Made by a program: the position numbers and the translations under genes. From Peribolospora baueri (lineage: Eukaryota), in assembly GCA_029717555.1 (NCBI GenBank), contig JAMDHS010000013.1:248001-312000 (forward strand): 64,000 nt of DNA. The letters run 5' to 3'. The notes under the pieces are model-generated. The model was not told the DNA's origin. It made no database searches and saw nothing but the letters and a program-made list of their open reading frames with translations. Shown here piece by piece: positions 61,662 to 64,000 of this stretch (position 1 is the stretch's first letter; every line of letters starts with the position of its first letter).

Positions 61662-63790
61662 TCACATCCGCGCCCTCTTTAACCCCCTACCATTGTCCGG
61701 GCCCGACTCCCACTTCTCCAGCTCCAATTCGAGATCCTCCTCCTCCTCCCCCTTCCCCTCGTGATGATGGCGACCTTGGTTTGGGTATTGCTGTCGCTCC
61801 TGCTGCTGCTGCTTTTGTTGCGCATATGTGTACCGCTCTCTCTCCATCTCCCATTCACCGTACCGTTGGCCTTGGCCTTGTCCTAACCCTGGAAATGGCG
61901 GAGACACAGCGTGTCCATACCCATGCCCATTCCCGGAGTCGTACTCAGAGGGAGGTGGGCCCGTCGTCCTTCCATTCGCGCTCCTACTACCGTCTCCAAT
62001 GTGATAAGGACCGGAGAAAGAAGCGGGAGGCCTTGACGACGGCTGTCCTCGTTCTTGTCCTTGTTCTTCTCCGCGCGAAGAGGAAAGTTTGGCCATGACA
62101 CCGTCGCCGTCGTAGTCCATGGATCTCGGACGTTGTCGTTGGACAGTCTTTCGGACAGCTGTTGACGTCGCTCCCGTTCCCGTTGCGGCGCCGGACGCGG
62201 AAGAGGCTGAAGAAGCGCTGCGCGATGTGGGAGCTGGTGCTGATCCTGCAGACGCACGGCCAGACATTGGGGGAAGTGCCGGCGACGGCGCTCGCGTGGA
62301 CAAGGATGCTGGTAGCGTGGAGGCGGCGGCCGAAATCGGAGGTCGCAATCTGGTCGACGAGGCTCGAGATGGCGGTGGTGCGGCTGCCGTTACTGCGTCT
62401 CCGCTTCCTTGGCCACTTTCATCTATCATCGTTGCCGCCGCCGCCGCTGTTCCCAGAACGATAAAAGGTATGCCGTCACTCTTCCTGACAAACGCCGGAC
62501 ATCATAAACCTCCAGAGTCCGTTATCCTGAAAGGACGTCTCACCACCTCGTCCCCCACCTCGTCCCTTCCCTTTTCCTCTCGTTCCCGTCCCTCCCCTTC
62601 CTCTGCTGCTGCCATCGCTAGTTGAAGTAGATGCTCGGGCTGGCGCTTCTTGATCCTGCTCCAGGTCAACGTCCATGGGTATGCCTACCCATGCTTCGAG
62701 GCGCTCGAGACGTTCTCCCATAGCCATGAGGAGAATTTGGATCTGCAGCGTTGCGGCCGAATGGTTGTGGATGGAGTTGATCGATAGACGAGGTGGAGGT
62801 GAACGAGGTGTGAGACAACGAGAGGACAACGAGCACTTAGCGACGTGCCAGAACACAAAACATGAAAACAGAGAACGGACCCACCTTCCCTATCATCTCC
62901 GCATCCACGACGCTCCTTATCTCTTCATCTTTGCCCTTGCCCTTCCCATTCACATTCGAGGATAAGGGGCGGGCGGGAACGTTGGCTTGGGGTAGGCGAT
63001 TTGACGTCGTACCTAGTGGATAACTGAAGAGGATGCGAGCAATGGACATGGTAATGTGTCTTATGAAAAACATGAGACCAAGACAAGAGACTCACATCGA
63101 GACGGCCTGCAGAAGGAGAGTATACGCATCTCTAGTACCCGACGGGACATTAAGAACGCGTCAGGTCGGGGAACCGAATGTCTCGGGAGCACAGCACGAT
63201 AGGAAAAAAAGGCTCACCGAATTCCATCAAGCTTCGTGGATGTCGTCCTGTAGATCTTTCCCACTCGGGACTTGCAGCCCACGCAAGCTAATGGAGCGTA
63301 GGTGCTGAGAGGAAGGAAAGAAAAGATCGGCCGGTGCAAGATGTTTCAGTCCACAAAACGCTAGTGTGTGCCCGATAGGAATACGGAGCGGCGAACAGTA
63401 CCTTCCAAGGTCAGGAGCGTCCCGATCCCTCGATGTAGACAGCTCGGACAGTTTATCGATGTTATCGGTAACAGCTGTGGAATCCGACGACATATACGGC
63501 CAAAGCAGTCAGTGAAATCTCACGCACGCGCACCAGGGTTTCGATTGCTGCGCAGTACCGCTCTCACCTCTCAAAACGACCGCCTGGAGCTCCTGTTTTG
63601 CACAGATCCAGTTCCAAGAGTCGCCCAGAATGAGCCTGCAAGCTTTGCACTGAAAGATAAGAGGGTTGTGCACTGCCGTCGACGTCAACGTCTCCGAGCG
63701 TCGTTGCCAAAGAGCGTCGCCGTCCCCGTGGCCGTATGTGTATACTTGCGAGGCCTCCCCTGCTGGACGAGATGAGGACGAACGGGCCAT
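61662..63790 (-). CDS. MIS18: Centromere protein Mis18 (Yippee-Mis18 zinc domain + coiled coil + disordered tail)
   Basis: PLIFQCKACRLILGDSWNW..VVLR|..GS|TYAPLACVGCKSRVGKIYRTTSTKLDGIR|DAYTL..YPLG..EMIGK|IQILLMAMGERLERLE; two CxxC pairs. Confidence 0.85.
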
Positions 63791-64000
63791 AGCCTGTCGC
63801 CGCCGTTATTGCCCGGCAAAGTCAATTAAAGACGTCCAGTGACGATGCCTTCGTCTTGAGTTGTGCCCGATATGGCGCTAAAGACGCGCCTCTTTCCACG
63901 GTCGTGTACGATGACTGCGGCAAGCGAGGCCCCGGCTCGGCGCCTTATTTCTCCACGGCCGCCGCCGGTTCGCGAGCATTGTCACTTCGCCTCTCCCTTC

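Overview
Eukaryotic, GC-rich, intron-rich DNA (GTGAGT/GTGCGT donors, CTGAC/CTAAC branch points, YAG acceptors) with gene content typical of a basidiomycete fungus; the exact taxon cannot be read from the sequence. I spliced about 22 protein-coding genes by hand, mostly housekeeping: BET5, CYS3, DJ-1, omega-like GST, BTA1, an MFS transporter, cyclophilin, an aldehyde reductase, TGS1, La, an NYN protein, IES2, LCP5, EMC7, EMW1/TTC27, RPL8 and MIS18. Four things stand out. (1) The only large block without a credible gene (~11.2-15 kb) carries a perfect TTAGGG-telomerase template, CTAACCCTAA (11636-11645), between a template-boundary-like helix and further long stems: a candidate telomerase RNA gene. 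(2) A membrane-anchored bZIP with a site-1-protease-like motif and ATF6-like luminal motifs (41.2-45.1 kb). (3) An intact multi-exon gene with SYCP2/Red1/Rec10/ASY3 meiotic-axis architecture (2.3-6.6 kb). (4) A recently disabled Zn2Cys6 transcription factor pseudogene (27.3-30.4 kb). No rRNA, tRNA, transposon or CRISPR array was recognised. Exon boundaries and base-pairings were assigned by eye and family calls come from remembered motifs; no database search or folding program was run.
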